Of a DNA stretch of 25,276 bases, positions 7,135 through 15,921 are shown one piece after another. The translations under genes were made by a program, and so were the position numbers. Numbering within the stretch: position 1 is the stretch's first letter; each line of letters begins with the position of its first letter. Location: positions 1 to 25,276 of the forward strand of contig JAZDIZ010000121.1 of the NCBI GenBank assembly GCA_043804515.1. The letters run 5' to 3'. Origin of the DNA: Pseudomonadota bacterium. GTDB lineage: Bacteria > Bdellovibrionota_G > JALEGL01 > DATDPG01. The notes beneath the pieces are model-generated. The model did not search any database. It was given only the letters and a program-made list of their open reading frames with translations, and had not been told where the DNA came from.

Positions 7135-8612
7135 GAGCTTTTCTCCACTGCGGAGATCATCACGGTCTTCGGTTGATCGTTCACGGTGTACACAAGTCGA
7201 TACCCTTCCAGGGAGATCTGGCGGAAACCGGGCCTTTGAAGAACGGCTTTGGATCGGGAAGGCTTCGGATCGGACCTCAGGTCGTCCATCTGAGCGCGGA
7301 GGCGGTCGAAGATTTCAAAAGGGAGATCCTCCATGGATTCCTTCACGCCCGGCGCAAAGTAAAGGGCGTAAGGCGGTCTGGATAGGACCGGAGGATCGAT
7401 CCGCACCGCCGATGGCTGGGCGCCCGGGCCGCGCCCATGATGGATGCTCTTCGCCAGGCGTGCGACCCGGCGATCCAAAGCCTCATAGATTTTGTGCGGA
7501 GGATAACGGTGCAGCCCCCATGCGATCCCGAAACCGGCGGTCGCCAGGAACGCTCCCTTCGCCAGCCAACCGGGGAACCGGAGCGGAGGCTTCTTGATCC
7601 CAATCACGCTGGGGGCCAGCGTCTCGGAAGGCGAGCGTTCGGTGCTACGGATCGACGGCCTGGAATCTTGAAGAATCTCATCGGTTGGAATTCCGAACAG
7701 GGAACGCACGAATGCGCCCACGTCGGCATCCGTCACGGTGCCGAAGAACTCGTTCTGGTACGCGTCGAGGGCCGTCACGAACTCGCCGGCGCTTTGAAAA
7801 CGTTTCCGAGCCTTCTTTTCGAGGGCCTTGAGGACGATCTCGGACAGGGCTTTGGGGACCTTCGAGTTGACCTGCGAGGGATCTCTGGGCAGCGCCTCGC
7901 GCACCTGAGCGAGAAGTTTGATGTCGGATTCGGCCTGGTAAAGGCTTTCCAGCGTCAATAGCTCCCACAGGACGATACCCGAGGAAAAGACGTCCGTGCG
8001 ATGATCCACGTCCTCCCCGCGGGCCTGCTCCGGAGACATGTAGCTGAACTTTCCCTTCAAGATTCCGGCCTGCGTGGATCCCGCGACCGTCGAGGCCTTC
8101 GCGATCCCGAAATCCAGGATCTTCACCTCTCCCCAGAGCGAGATCAGGACATTGTGAGGGGAGATGTCCCGATGCACGATCCCGAGCGGTTTGTCGTAAT
8201 TGTCCCGTTTCGTGTGCGCGTATTCCAGTGCGCGGAGGACCTGGCTCATGATGTAGACCGACATCTGCACCGGCAGTTCCACGTTCCTGGTTTTGCAGCG
8301 GATCATGATCGACTTCAGGTCTTTGCCGCGGACGTATTCCATCGCGATAAAATAATTCCCATCCACCATGCCGAAATCCACGACGGGCACGATGTTCGGA
8401 TGGTTAAGGCCCAGGCTCAGGCGCGCCTCGTTCACGAGCATGCCGACGAGCTTCTTGTCCTGCATGAATTGCGGGAGGATCCGCTTGATGGCAAAAACCG
8501 CGTCGGGACTCCCCTTGCGGTTCGCCTTGTAGACCTCGGCCATCCCGCCCATCCCGAGCTTGGAGATCAACGTGTAACGGCCGAATGTGGGGTTGTCTTG
8601 GGACGGGGGCAA
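7119..8612 (-). CDS. Hanks-type Ser/Thr protein kinase with hydrophobic segment and C-terminal RelE/ParE-like domain
   Basis: LGMGGMAEVY, AIKRI, HRDISPHN, DFGIAK and GKFSYMSPEQ motifs; TTG start with GGGAGG RBS; hydrophobic stretch WLAKGAFLATAGFGIAWGL; RelE-like tail containing GYRLVYTV. Confidence 0.93.
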   Translation of the reverse strand: MPPSQDNPTFGRYTLISKLGMGGMAEVYKANRKGSPDAVFAIKRILPQFMQDKKLVGMLVNEARLSLGLNHPNIVPVVDFGMVDGNYFIAMEYVRGKDLKSIMIRCKTRNVELPVQMSVYIMSQVLRALEYAHTKRDNYDKPLGIVHRDISPHNVLISLWGEVKILDFGIAKASTVAGSTQAGILKGKFSYMSPEQARGEDVDHRTDVFSSGIVLWELLTLESLYQAESDIKLLAQVREALPRDPSQVNSKVPKALSEIVLKALEKKARKRFQSAGEFVTALDAYQNEFFGTVTDADVGAFVRSLFGIPTDEILQDSRPSIRSTERSPSETLAPSVIGIKKPPLRFPGWLAKGAFLATAGFGIAWGLHRYPPHKIYEALDRRVARLAKSIHHGRGPGAQPSAVRIDPPVLSRPPYALYFAPGVKESMEDLPFEIFDRLRAQMDDLRSDPKPSRSKAVLQRPGFRQISLEGYRLVYTVNDQPKTVMISAVEKSSQRGR

Positions 8613-8636
8613 ACGAAAAGCCTCCCTTTCCGGAGT

Positions 8637-9152
8637 TTACTTCCCGGCGCCCGACCGGATGGCCACCAGCTGTGCCTCGATTTCATCCAGCAGAGCCGCT
8701 TCCTTGGACGTGGAAGATTCCGTCGTGATCCACTGGTAGAGCGATCCGGAGAAGTCGGCTCCCGCCGTCACCGCGTCCGAAAGATATTGTTCCTCGCTGC
8801 CCACGCGCACGTGCACGCCCGACTTGGTGGGCTGTAATTTGAGGGTCATCTTGAAGCGGATGTTGTACGGGATTCGCGTTTCCCCGTAACCGGAGTAGAG
8901 CCGGTCCGATTTGCCGAGGACCCAATCGGTCAAAACCAGCCCGCTCTCCCGCTGTGAGGAAGCCACGGCGTACCTTTTGGCGGCTAGAGCGCCAAGTGAG
9001 GCTCTCCAAACATCGGCGAAACTTCCCGAGTACGTTTTTCTCGTGGAGCGATCGGCCGACGGGAGCCTCCCGGGCTCGTTGAATTCTTTAGAAGCGCAAC
9101 CGGCCAGAAGGCCGGATGCGAGGACAAAAATCACAACTGTTCGGGCTCGCAT
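8637..9152 (-). CDS. Lipoprotein, BamC/NlpB-like helix-grip domain
   Basis: Lipobox LLAG|C after MRARTVVIFVLASG; pattern YSGSFADVWRASLGAL...SSQRESGLVLTDW resembles BamC-type lipoproteins. Confidence 0.7.
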   Translation of the reverse strand: MRARTVVIFVLASGLLAGCASKEFNEPGRLPSADRSTRKTYSGSFADVWRASLGALAAKRYAVASSQRESGLVLTDWVLGKSDRLYSGYGETRIPYNIRFKMTLKLQPTKSGVHVRVGSEEQYLSDAVTAGADFSGSLYQWITTESSTSKEAALLDEIEAQLVAIRSGAGK

Positions 9153-9251
9153 AGAAATGGAAGCATACCATTCCCGCCAGTTCCGTGAAACCAGCATTAC
9201 ATTCGGGATCGTGCGCATCGCAGGGCCCACCGAGCGGTGTCTTGGCGCGCC

Positions 9252-9281
9252 TTGACAGGAGAGAGAGGGCTCCGGTATAGC
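9252..9281 (+). promoter_or_regulatory. sigma70 promoter of HU paralog 1
   Basis: TTGACA-18 bp-TATAGC. Confidence 0.65.
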
Positions 9282-9322
9282 GCCCAGGACGCCTTCGGGG
9301 GCGTTGTTTGAAAGGGGGCTTG

Positions 9323-9604
9323 GTGACGAAGCAAGAGCTGATCGAGAAAATCGCCGAATTGCACAGGCACCGGGACATTTCCAAGGCGGCGGCTTCGGAT
9401 TTGGTGGAGAGCCTTTTCGACAATCTGTTCCTGGCGGTGCGGAGGAAAAATCGCTTCAGCTACCCCGGTTTCGGGACTTTCGTCGTCCGGAAGAGGAAGG
9501 AACGCAAGGGACGGAACCCCCAGACCGGCCAGGAAATGCACATTCCCTCCTGCAAGACGGTGGTATTCCGCCCCGCCCAGTGCATCAAGGACCTGCTGAA
9601 GTAG
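9323..9604 (+). CDS. HU/IHF family DNA-binding protein (paralog 1)
   Basis: MTKQELIEKIA...YPGFGTF...RKGRNPQTG...VVFRP; GTG start with AAGGGGG RBS. Confidence 0.93.
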   Translation: MTKQELIEKIAELHRHRDISKAAASDLVESLFDNLFLAVRRKNRFSYPGFGTFVVRKRKERKGRNPQTGQEMHIPSCKTVVFRPAQCIKDLLK

Positions 9605-9615
9605 CCCAAGCAAGG

Positions 9616-9806
9616 GAAACGTCATATTTGCCGCATCTCTGCGTTGGTCGCGGCAAACCTGCCGTTGTGTCGAATGCTGCGCTAGCTCGCATTCGAGTCA
9701 CCGTATTTTTGGCAGGTTTGCAATGCGCAGTCCTCATTGGCCTATTAAGCCAACTCCGGTCTGTGCTCGGCGTCTGCCTTGACCTGCGGACAAATCTGAA
9801 CGTTTC
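9616..9806. other. Long nested inverted-repeat element (candidate structured RNA or non-autonomous repeat)
   Basis: Nested stems 9616-9635/9785-9806, 9653-9663/9711-9721 (11 bp perfect) and 9670-9677/9689-9696 (8 bp perfect). Confidence 0.5.
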
Positions 9807-9845
9807 GTAGTGGCTCGAGACCTCTCAACGAGAGCTTGCGAGAGT

Positions 9846-11507
9846 TCAGTTCTCGTCTTTGGTGATGTTGTACTTTCGGATCTTTTCGTGAAGCGTTGAC
9901 TTCGCGATTCCCAGCACCTTCGCGGTAACCTTCTTGTTCCAGGCGTTCCTCTCGAGTTCGGTAACGATCCGGTCCCGCTCGATCTCCTTGAGAGTCTTGG
10001 TGACCGTTTCGGGAACCCGGAGCGTTTTCTCGTCGAAATCATGGTGTGTGGGATCGGTGGCTCCCATAGGCGCGAACTGAATGTCCCCGGTGCTGATCGT
10101 GGAAGTGCGGCACGTGAGAATCGCGCGGCTGACGACGTTCTTCAGCTCGCGCACGTTCCCGGGCCAGTTATAGTCGATGAGAAGATCGACGGCTCCCCGG
10201 TCGAGGGTCTTGGGCGACTTGGCCCTTCCGGCGGCGAGCTCCTGGCGAAGAAAATATTCCGCCAGCATGGGTATGTCTTCGCGGCGGTCGCGCAACGACG
10301 GGATTTCAAGGGGGACGACGAAGATGCGGAAGAACAGGTCTTCGCGGAAACGCCCCTTCTGGACCTCCCTGGCCAGGTTTCGGTGCGTGGCCGCCAGGAC
10401 GCGCACGTCCACGGGAATCGCCTGCGTTCCGCCCACGCGCTTGATTTCGCGGGCCTCCAGGACCCGAAGCAGCTTGGGCTGGAGGTCGAGAGGAAGCTCC
10501 CCTACCTCGTCCAGAAACAGCGTTCCCTCGTCAGCCAGCTCGAAGGCGCCCTTGCGTTGCTGGTGGGCCGATGTGAAGGCGCCCTTTTCGTGGCCGAACA
10601 GCTCGCTCTCGATCAGGTCTTTCGAAATGGCGCCGCAATTGAGGGCGACGAAAGCCTTGTGCGAGCGCGGGCTCCGGTTGTGCAGCGCGCGGGCCACCAA
10701 TTCCTTTCCGCTGCCGGTTTCCCCTTGGATCAGGACCGTCGCGTCCGAGGGCGCGATTCTCTGGATGAGAGCGAAAAGCCGCTGCATTTCCGGGTGATTG
10801 GAGTGGATCCCCTCGAATTCCGCCTCGGAAGCCGGCTCGACCCGGGCGCGTTCCTCCAGCGAAACGAAACGGACTTTGGTCCGCCCGACTTCGATGGCCG
10901 TGTTCGGCTTCAGCTCGATCTCACCGATCCTTTGGCCGTTCACGAACGTGCCGTTCGTGCTGCCCAAATCCTTCAGGGTAAAGGTGCCGCCGCGGTACTC
11001 GATCTTGCAATGAGTGTTCGAAACGTACTCGTCGGAAAGAACCACGTCGCAGGAGCGGGATTTTCCGATGGTGAAAACCGACTTCGTGACGGCGAACATC
11101 TTGCTGGGCGGGCCGTCCAGGCTCAACATCGTGCGTTCCATCACGAGTTCGTGCTTGTCGGGGCGGTAGGAAAGAACCCGCGTCGGGTCGCGATCCTGGG
11201 AGCGAGTGTCCTCCTCCTCGGGCGGGGGACTTCCGACCTGAATGAGCCAGTCGGCCACCCGGACAACGTCGTTCATCTTGAGCTCGGCCGTCGAGATGCG
11301 CTCGTTGTTGAGGAACGTGCCGTTGGTGGATTTGTCCGTGACGAAATATTTGTCCTCTTTGCGCGTGATGGTGAGGTGCACGCGGGAGATCGCTCCGTCG
11401 GGAAGGCAGATGTCGTTGTGGCTGGCCCGCCCGACTGTGGTGAGTTCCTTGGTGAGGAAGTATCGCATGACTTCCTCTTGTCCTTTTCGAAGGGATAATT
11501 CGATCAT
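9846..11507 (-). CDS. sigma54-dependent enhancer-binding protein with two N-terminal FHA domains (FHA-FHA-AAA+-Fis HTH)
   Basis: FHA motifs GRASHND...SRVH...STNGT and GKSRSCD...SNTH...STNGT; Walker A GETGSGKE, ESELFGHEKGAFTSA, LFLDEV, WPGNVREL; HTH TAKVLGIAKSTLHEKI. Confidence 0.95.
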   Translation of the reverse strand: MIELSLRKGQEEVMRYFLTKELTTVGRASHNDICLPDGAISRVHLTITRKEDKYFVTDKSTNGTFLNNERISTAELKMNDVVRVADWLIQVGSPPPEEEDTRSQDRDPTRVLSYRPDKHELVMERTMLSLDGPPSKMFAVTKSVFTIGKSRSCDVVLSDEYVSNTHCKIEYRGGTFTLKDLGSTNGTFVNGQRIGEIELKPNTAIEVGRTKVRFVSLEERARVEPASEAEFEGIHSNHPEMQRLFALIQRIAPSDATVLIQGETGSGKELVARALHNRSPRSHKAFVALNCGAISKDLIESELFGHEKGAFTSAHQQRKGAFELADEGTLFLDEVGELPLDLQPKLLRVLEAREIKRVGGTQAIPVDVRVLAATHRNLAREVQKGRFREDLFFRIFVVPLEIPSLRDRREDIPMLAEYFLRQELAAGRAKSPKTLDRGAVDLLIDYNWPGNVRELKNVVSRAILTCRTSTISTGDIQFAPMGATDPTHHDFDEKTLRVPETVTKTLKEIERDRIVTELERNAWNKKVTAKVLGIAKSTLHEKIRKYNITKDEN

Positions 11508-11558
11508 GGCCGCGCGGAGGTTCAGCCTAACACAGCCGATGGAGATGCGCCAAAGAGG

Positions 11559-11840
11559 CTAGCGCAGGGAAGCTTTGAGTCGCGGTGCCGCGCGGAACGC
11601 GATCGTGGTGCGAGCCTTGATGACGATCTTCTCGCCCGTCTTGGGATTTCTCCCTTCGCGCTCCTTCCGCTTCCTCAGATTGAACGCGCCGAACCCGGGA
11701 TAGGTGAACTTTCCGTCTCTCTTGATCCCTTTCGCCAGAAGATCGAACGCCGTGTCCACCATGTTTGTGATGGCCACCCGCGAGATCTTCCGCGGCCTGT
11801 TGTCCCGAAACACCCTCTCGATCAGCTCGGCTTTTGTCAT
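11559..11840 (-). CDS. HU/IHF family DNA-binding protein (paralog 2)
   Basis: MTKAELIERV...YPGFGAF...REGRNPKTG...IAFRA; the 11840 start matches the family N-terminus. Confidence 0.93.
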   Translation of the reverse strand: MTKAELIERVFRDNRPRKISRVAITNMVDTAFDLLAKGIKRDGKFTYPGFGAFNLRKRKEREGRNPKTGEKIVIKARTTIAFRAAPRLKASLR

Positions 11841-11850
11841 GGAAAGGCGC

Positions 11851-11880
11851 CTCATAACCGTTTTCCCCGAATGCTGTCAA
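11851..11880 (-). promoter_or_regulatory. sigma70 promoter of HU paralog 2 / activator
   Basis: TTGACA-18 bp-TATGAG on the minus strand, 10 nt before ATG 11840. Confidence 0.5.
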
Positions 11881-11888
11881 GCGCGGGT

Positions 11889-11917
11889 TTGCCGGTCAGG
11901 GGAGAGTCCGATATAAA
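11889..11917 (+). promoter_or_regulatory. sigma70 promoter of the lipoprotein gene
   Basis: TTGCCG-17 bp-TATAAA, 10 nt before TTG 11928. Confidence 0.5.
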
Positions 11918-11927
11918 ATCATTCGTT

Positions 11928-12350
11928 TTGCGCGATCTCAGGTTTCTGATTGGGTTCTCTTGCCTTGTTCTCGGCTGCGGCAGCTCGGATACGGCAAGGA
12001 CCTCCGTTTCATTCATCGATTTTTCGCCTAATCCGGCGTTGTTGTCGGCCGGAACGTGCTCGTCGCAGGCGACGCTGGTCTCGTTGGTTCCCCATGTGGC
12101 CACGATTCAGGCGCTGGTCGCGTACTTTCATGACGATCGGGGGAGGGAGGTGCGGTTGCAAGGGCCTGTGGGCCTGTTCGGAATCGGGCCGGAGGGGCTG
12201 GTGATCCCGGCCCAGGGAACGACGACGGCCTCAATCTCCTTCGATCTGTCCGCCGGCGGTTTGAGCGCCCCGATTCATGGAGATGTGGTGATCACGGGCG
12301 TATATGAAACCGGCGCCGTCGATTTTACGGGGTCTCTTCAATGCCAATGA
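11928..12350 (+). CDS. Hypothetical lipoprotein (beta-rich, possibly Ig-like)
   Basis: TTG start gives MRDLRFLIGFSCLVLG|CGSS lipobox; alternating beta-strand pattern; two further cysteines. Confidence 0.65.
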   Translation: MRDLRFLIGFSCLVLGCGSSDTARTSVSFIDFSPNPALLSAGTCSSQATLVSLVPHVATIQALVAYFHDDRGREVRLQGPVGLFGIGPEGLVIPAQGTTTASISFDLSAGGLSAPIHGDVVITGVYETGAVDFTGSLQCQ

Positions 12351-12384
12351 ACGTGTATCCAAGGCGGATCCGGAGGAATAAGCC

Positions 12385-14028
12385 ATGAAGCGAATGATAC
12401 GCGCCCCGAGAGGAACGAAGATCGTCTGCAAAGGGTGGCATCAAGAAGCCGCCCTCAGAATGCTGATGAACAATCTGGACCCGGAAGTGGCCGAGAAACC
12501 GGACGAGCTCATCGTGTACGGGGGAACCGGCCGGGCCGCCCGGAGCTGGGAGGACTACGACCGGATCGTGAGGGCGCTTCAACGGCTCGAGAACGACGAA
12601 ACGCTCCTCGTGCAATCGGGGCGGGCCGTGGGGATTGTTCGCACGCACGAAGAGGCACCCCGAGTTCTCATTTCCAACGCGATGTTGGTCCCGGCATGGG
12701 CCACGTGGGAGCACTTCTGGGAGCTGGAACGGAAGGGGCTCACGATGTACGGCCAGATGACGGCGGGGAGTTGGATCTACATCGGCACGCAGGGGATTCT
12801 TCAGGGGACGTACGAAACCTTCGCGGCCGCCGCTCGCAAGAGCTTCGGCGGCTCGCTTGCGGGGAGGTTCGTCCTTTCCGGAGGCCTGGGCGGGATGGGA
12901 GGAGCGCAGCCTCTTGCGGTCACGATGAACGCCGGGATTTTCCTGGGCGTGGAGATCGATCCGCGCCGGCTTGCGCGGCGACTGGATACGAAATACCTGG
13001 ATGTACGCGCAACGGACCTCGAGGATGCGCTCAGGCGTGTTGAAACGGCCAAGAGGAACAAAGAGTCGGTCTCAATCGGCCTTGTGGCGAATGCCGCCGA
13101 CATCTGCGGCCAGCTTGTGAAGCGCGGAATCACGCCGGATCTGGTGACGGACCAGACTTCGGCGCACGATCCGTTGAACGGCTACGTTCCGCAGGGCCTG
13201 ACGTTGGAGGCTGCCGCGGCTCTTCGAACGAAGGATCCGGACGAATACGTGCGGCGCGCCCGCGCATCGATCGTGACGCAGGTCAGAGCGATGCTGGAAA
13301 TGAGGAAAAAGGGAGCCGTGGTTTTCGATTACGGAAACAATCTGAGGGGACAGGCTCAGGTTGGAGGCCTCAGGAACGCGTTCGACTATCCCGGGTTCGT
13401 GCCCGAATACATCCGGCCGCTCTTTTGCGAAGGAAAGGGGCCGTTCCGCTGGGTGGCGCTCTCCGGGGACCCAAAAGACATCGACCGGACCGACCGGGCG
13501 ATTCTGGAACTCTTCCCGAAGGATAAGGCGTTGGCGCGCTGGATCCGCCTCGCTCGGGAGCGCGTCCAATTCCAGGGGCTCCCCGCCCGGATCTGCTGGC
13601 TTGGATACGGAGAGAGAGCGCAAGCGGGCCTCAGATTCAACGAGCTCGTGGAGAAAGGCGAGATCTCGGCTCCCATCGTGATCGGACGGGATCACCTGGA
13701 TTGCGGTTCCGTGGCTTCCCCCAACCGGGAAACGGAGGGGATGAAGGACGGGAGCGATGCGATCGCCGACTGGCCGATCCTCAACGCCTTGGCCAATACG
13801 GCGAGCGGTGCTTCGTGGGTTTCCGTTCACCACGGCGGGGGCGTGGGAATCGGCTATTCGATCCACGCTGGGATGGTGGCCGTAGCCGACGGCACGAAGA
13901 TGGCCGCCCGGAGGTTGGAACGGGTTTTGACGACGGACCCGGCCACCGGCGTGATCCGTCATGCCGACGCGGGGTACGAAATCGCGCAAGACGTGGCGCG
14001 CACGAAGAACGTGGATCTGGCGAAATGA
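12385..14028 (+). CDS. hutU: Urocanate hydratase
   Basis: [56 protein letters not shown] and [14 protein letters not shown] motifs; GGAGG RBS. Confidence 0.98.
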   Translation: MKRMIRAPRGTKIVCKGWHQEAALRMLMNNLDPEVAEKPDELIVYGGTGRAARSWEDYDRIVRALQRLENDETLLVQSGRAVGIVRTHEEAPRVLISNAMLVPAWATWEHFWELERKGLTMYGQMTAGSWIYIGTQGILQGTYETFAAAARKSFGGSLAGRFVLSGGLGGMGGAQPLAVTMNAGIFLGVEIDPRRLARRLDTKYLDVRATDLEDALRRVETAKRNKESVSIGLVANAADICGQLVKRGITPDLVTDQTSAHDPLNGYVPQGLTLEAAAALRTKDPDEYVRRARASIVTQVRAMLEMRKKGAVVFDYGNNLRGQAQVGGLRNAFDYPGFVPEYIRPLFCEGKGPFRWVALSGDPKDIDRTDRAILELFPKDKALARWIRLARERVQFQGLPARICWLGYGERAQAGLRFNELVEKGEISAPIVIGRDHLDCGSVASPNRETEGMKDGSDAIADWPILNALANTASGASWVSVHHGGGVGIGYSIHAGMVAVADGTKMAARRLERVLTTDPATGVIRHADAGYEIAQDVARTKNVDLAK

Positions 14029-15344
14029 CCGCGCGTCGAAAACTACCCCGTCGTCGGAGTCCCGCCGCCGGGCGCCGGTCCCTGGACTCGACTCTGTCCA
14101 AGGAACCGTTGCTCGTGGTGGATCGTATCGGGTGTTGCGTGACGCTGGACCCTGCGGTCGGCGACGCTCCTCTCGGGACGGTTGGGAAGGCCGCGGTGGC
14201 CTTACGGGGTGATCGGATCGCGTGGGTGGGGCCGCGCACGGAACTCCCCAAGGAATATGCGGGCGCCGAGCGCGTCGACGCGGCAGGGGCGTTGGTGACG
14301 CCGGGGCTCGTGGATTGCCACACGCACCTTCTCTTCGCGGGAACCCGGGCGGACGAGTTCTTCCTGCGCCTCTCCGGCGCCTCGTACGAGGAAATCGCGC
14401 GCCGAGGGGGAGGAATTCAGCGGACCGTGAGTGCTTTGGCCGCGGCGACGGACGCCGAGCTTCTGCGAAGCACGCGGGAACGCCTCGATCAGTTTCTCGC
14501 GTCCGGTGTGACGACGGTCGAGATCAAGACCGGCTACGGCCTTTCGCTGGAACAGGAACTCCGGTCCTTGGGGCTCATCCGGAAGCTGAATCACGCGGCC
14601 GATGTCATCCCCACGTTTCTGGGAGCGCACACGATACCGAGCGAATGGAGAGGCGACCGAAAGGGGTACGTGAAATTGGTGATGGAGGAAATGCTCCCGG
14701 CCGTGGCTGCAAAGAGGCTCTCGAGGATCTGCGACGTGTTTTTGGATGACACGGCTTTCACATTGGATGAAGCGCGGACGATTCTCTCAAAAGCCTTGCA
14801 GCTCGGGTTGGGGGTCAAGGTCCATGCGGATCAAATGAAGGAGAACGGAGGCGCGGAACTCGCCGCGGAACTCGGCGCCCTGTCGGCCGACCATCTGGAA
14901 TGTGTAAGCAATCGCGGGGTCAGGGCCCTGGCCAAGAAGGGGGTTGTGGGGGTTTTGTTGCCCGGCGCCGTGTTTTTCCTGGGGAAGCGCGGTTACGCTC
15001 CCGCTCGGAAGTTGCTCGAAGCCGGGGTCCGGGTGGCGATCTCGACCGACTCGAACCCGGGAACGTCCATGACCCAGAACCTTCCCCTGATGATGACACT
15101 CGCCGCCGTCGAAATGAAAATGACCGCCGAGGAGATCTGGCCGGCCGTGACCGCCCACGCAGCTCAAGCTCTGGGCCTTGTGGATCGGGGACAGATCATG
15201 CGAGGAGCTCTGGCGGATCTCGTCGTTTGGGATGCGCAAGATCCCGAGGAAATCCCGTACCGTTTCGGTACCCCGAGGACTCTCCAAGTCGTCCGGCGCG
15301 GAACGCCGATCTTGCCCCAGCGTTGCGGACCAAAAAACAATTGA
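14025..15344 (+). CDS. hutI: Imidazolonepropionase
   Basis: [32 protein letters not shown] and STDSNPGTS motifs; ATGA overlap with hutU (alternative start near 14109-14115). Confidence 0.95.
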   Translation: MTARRKLPRRRSPAAGRRSLDSTLSKEPLLVVDRIGCCVTLDPAVGDAPLGTVGKAAVALRGDRIAWVGPRTELPKEYAGAERVDAAGALVTPGLVDCHTHLLFAGTRADEFFLRLSGASYEEIARRGGGIQRTVSALAAATDAELLRSTRERLDQFLASGVTTVEIKTGYGLSLEQELRSLGLIRKLNHAADVIPTFLGAHTIPSEWRGDRKGYVKLVMEEMLPAVAAKRLSRICDVFLDDTAFTLDEARTILSKALQLGLGVKVHADQMKENGGAELAAELGALSADHLECVSNRGVRALAKKGVVGVLLPGAVFFLGKRGYAPARKLLEAGVRVAISTDSNPGTSMTQNLPLMMTLAAVEMKMTAEEIWPAVTAHAAQALGLVDRGQIMRGALADLVVWDAQDPEEIPYRFGTPRTLQVVRRGTPILPQRCGPKNN

Positions 15345-15409
15345 AGTATCATGGGGTTGAGAATAAGCGTTCAATCCTTAAGCCTTTCGAAGGGAATTCC
15401 CGGATCCGC

Positions 15410-15438
15410 TTGACTTCGCGTCGTTATCCCATTAGAAC
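15410..15438 (+). promoter_or_regulatory. sigma70 promoter of rplM-rpsI
   Basis: TTGACT-17 bp-TAGAAC. Confidence 0.6.
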
Positions 15439-15466
15439 TACGCGTCTTTTTTAGGAAGTATCGATC

Positions 15467-15895
15467 ATGAGACACAAGACTTATTCACAGCGGAAAGAAG
15501 ACGCGGTTCGAAATTGGCGCGTGATGGATGCCGAAGGCAAGGTGCTGGGCCGCCTGGCCACGCAGATCGCCATCATCCTTAGAGGGAAGGACAAGCCCAC
15601 GTTCACGCCGCACATTGACGGAGGCGATTTCGTCGTCGTTGTCAATGCGGACAAAGTGGTGCTGACGAGGAACAAGCTGAACACCAAGATTTACGCGCAT
15701 TTCACCGGATATCGCGGCGGCCTGAAAACTCGGCCCGCCAAAGAGATGTTGGAAAAAGATCCCGAAGAGATGATCCGTCTGGCCGTGTGGGGAATGCTGC
15801 CGAAAGGGCCCCTCGGCCGCGACATAATCAAGAAACTGCAAATCTATAAAGGGCCGTCGCATCCGCATGCGGCCCAGAAGCCGACCGCCGCGTAA
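15467..15895 (+). CDS. rplM: 50S ribosomal protein L13
   Basis: [45 protein letters not shown] and HPHAAQKP motifs. Confidence 0.99.
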   Translation: MRHKTYSQRKEDAVRNWRVMDAEGKVLGRLATQIAIILRGKDKPTFTPHIDGGDFVVVVNADKVVLTRNKLNTKIYAHFTGYRGGLKTRPAKEMLEKDPEEMIRLAVWGMLPKGPLGRDIIKKLQIYKGPSHPHAAQKPTAA

Positions 15896-15921
15896 GGGCG
15901 GTCGCCAGGAGTTGAGACGGC

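Noticed and set aside
9709..9726. TGGCAG...TGC as a sigma54 promoter
   Set aside because: GG-to-GC spacing is 7 or 12 nt, not 10.
9616..9806. 6S RNA identity for the long hairpin
   Set aside because: Size fits, but the fold is branched and asymmetric rather than a rod with a central bubble, and the usual zapA/ygfA context is absent.
10041..11498. Long + strand ORF opposite the activator, and similar ones opposite pyrG, hpnH and rpoN
   Set aside because: Antisense shadows of well-supported genes.
14025..14110. Arg-rich HutI N-terminus as a Tat signal
   Set aside because: No hydrophobic h-region follows; may simply reflect a later true start.
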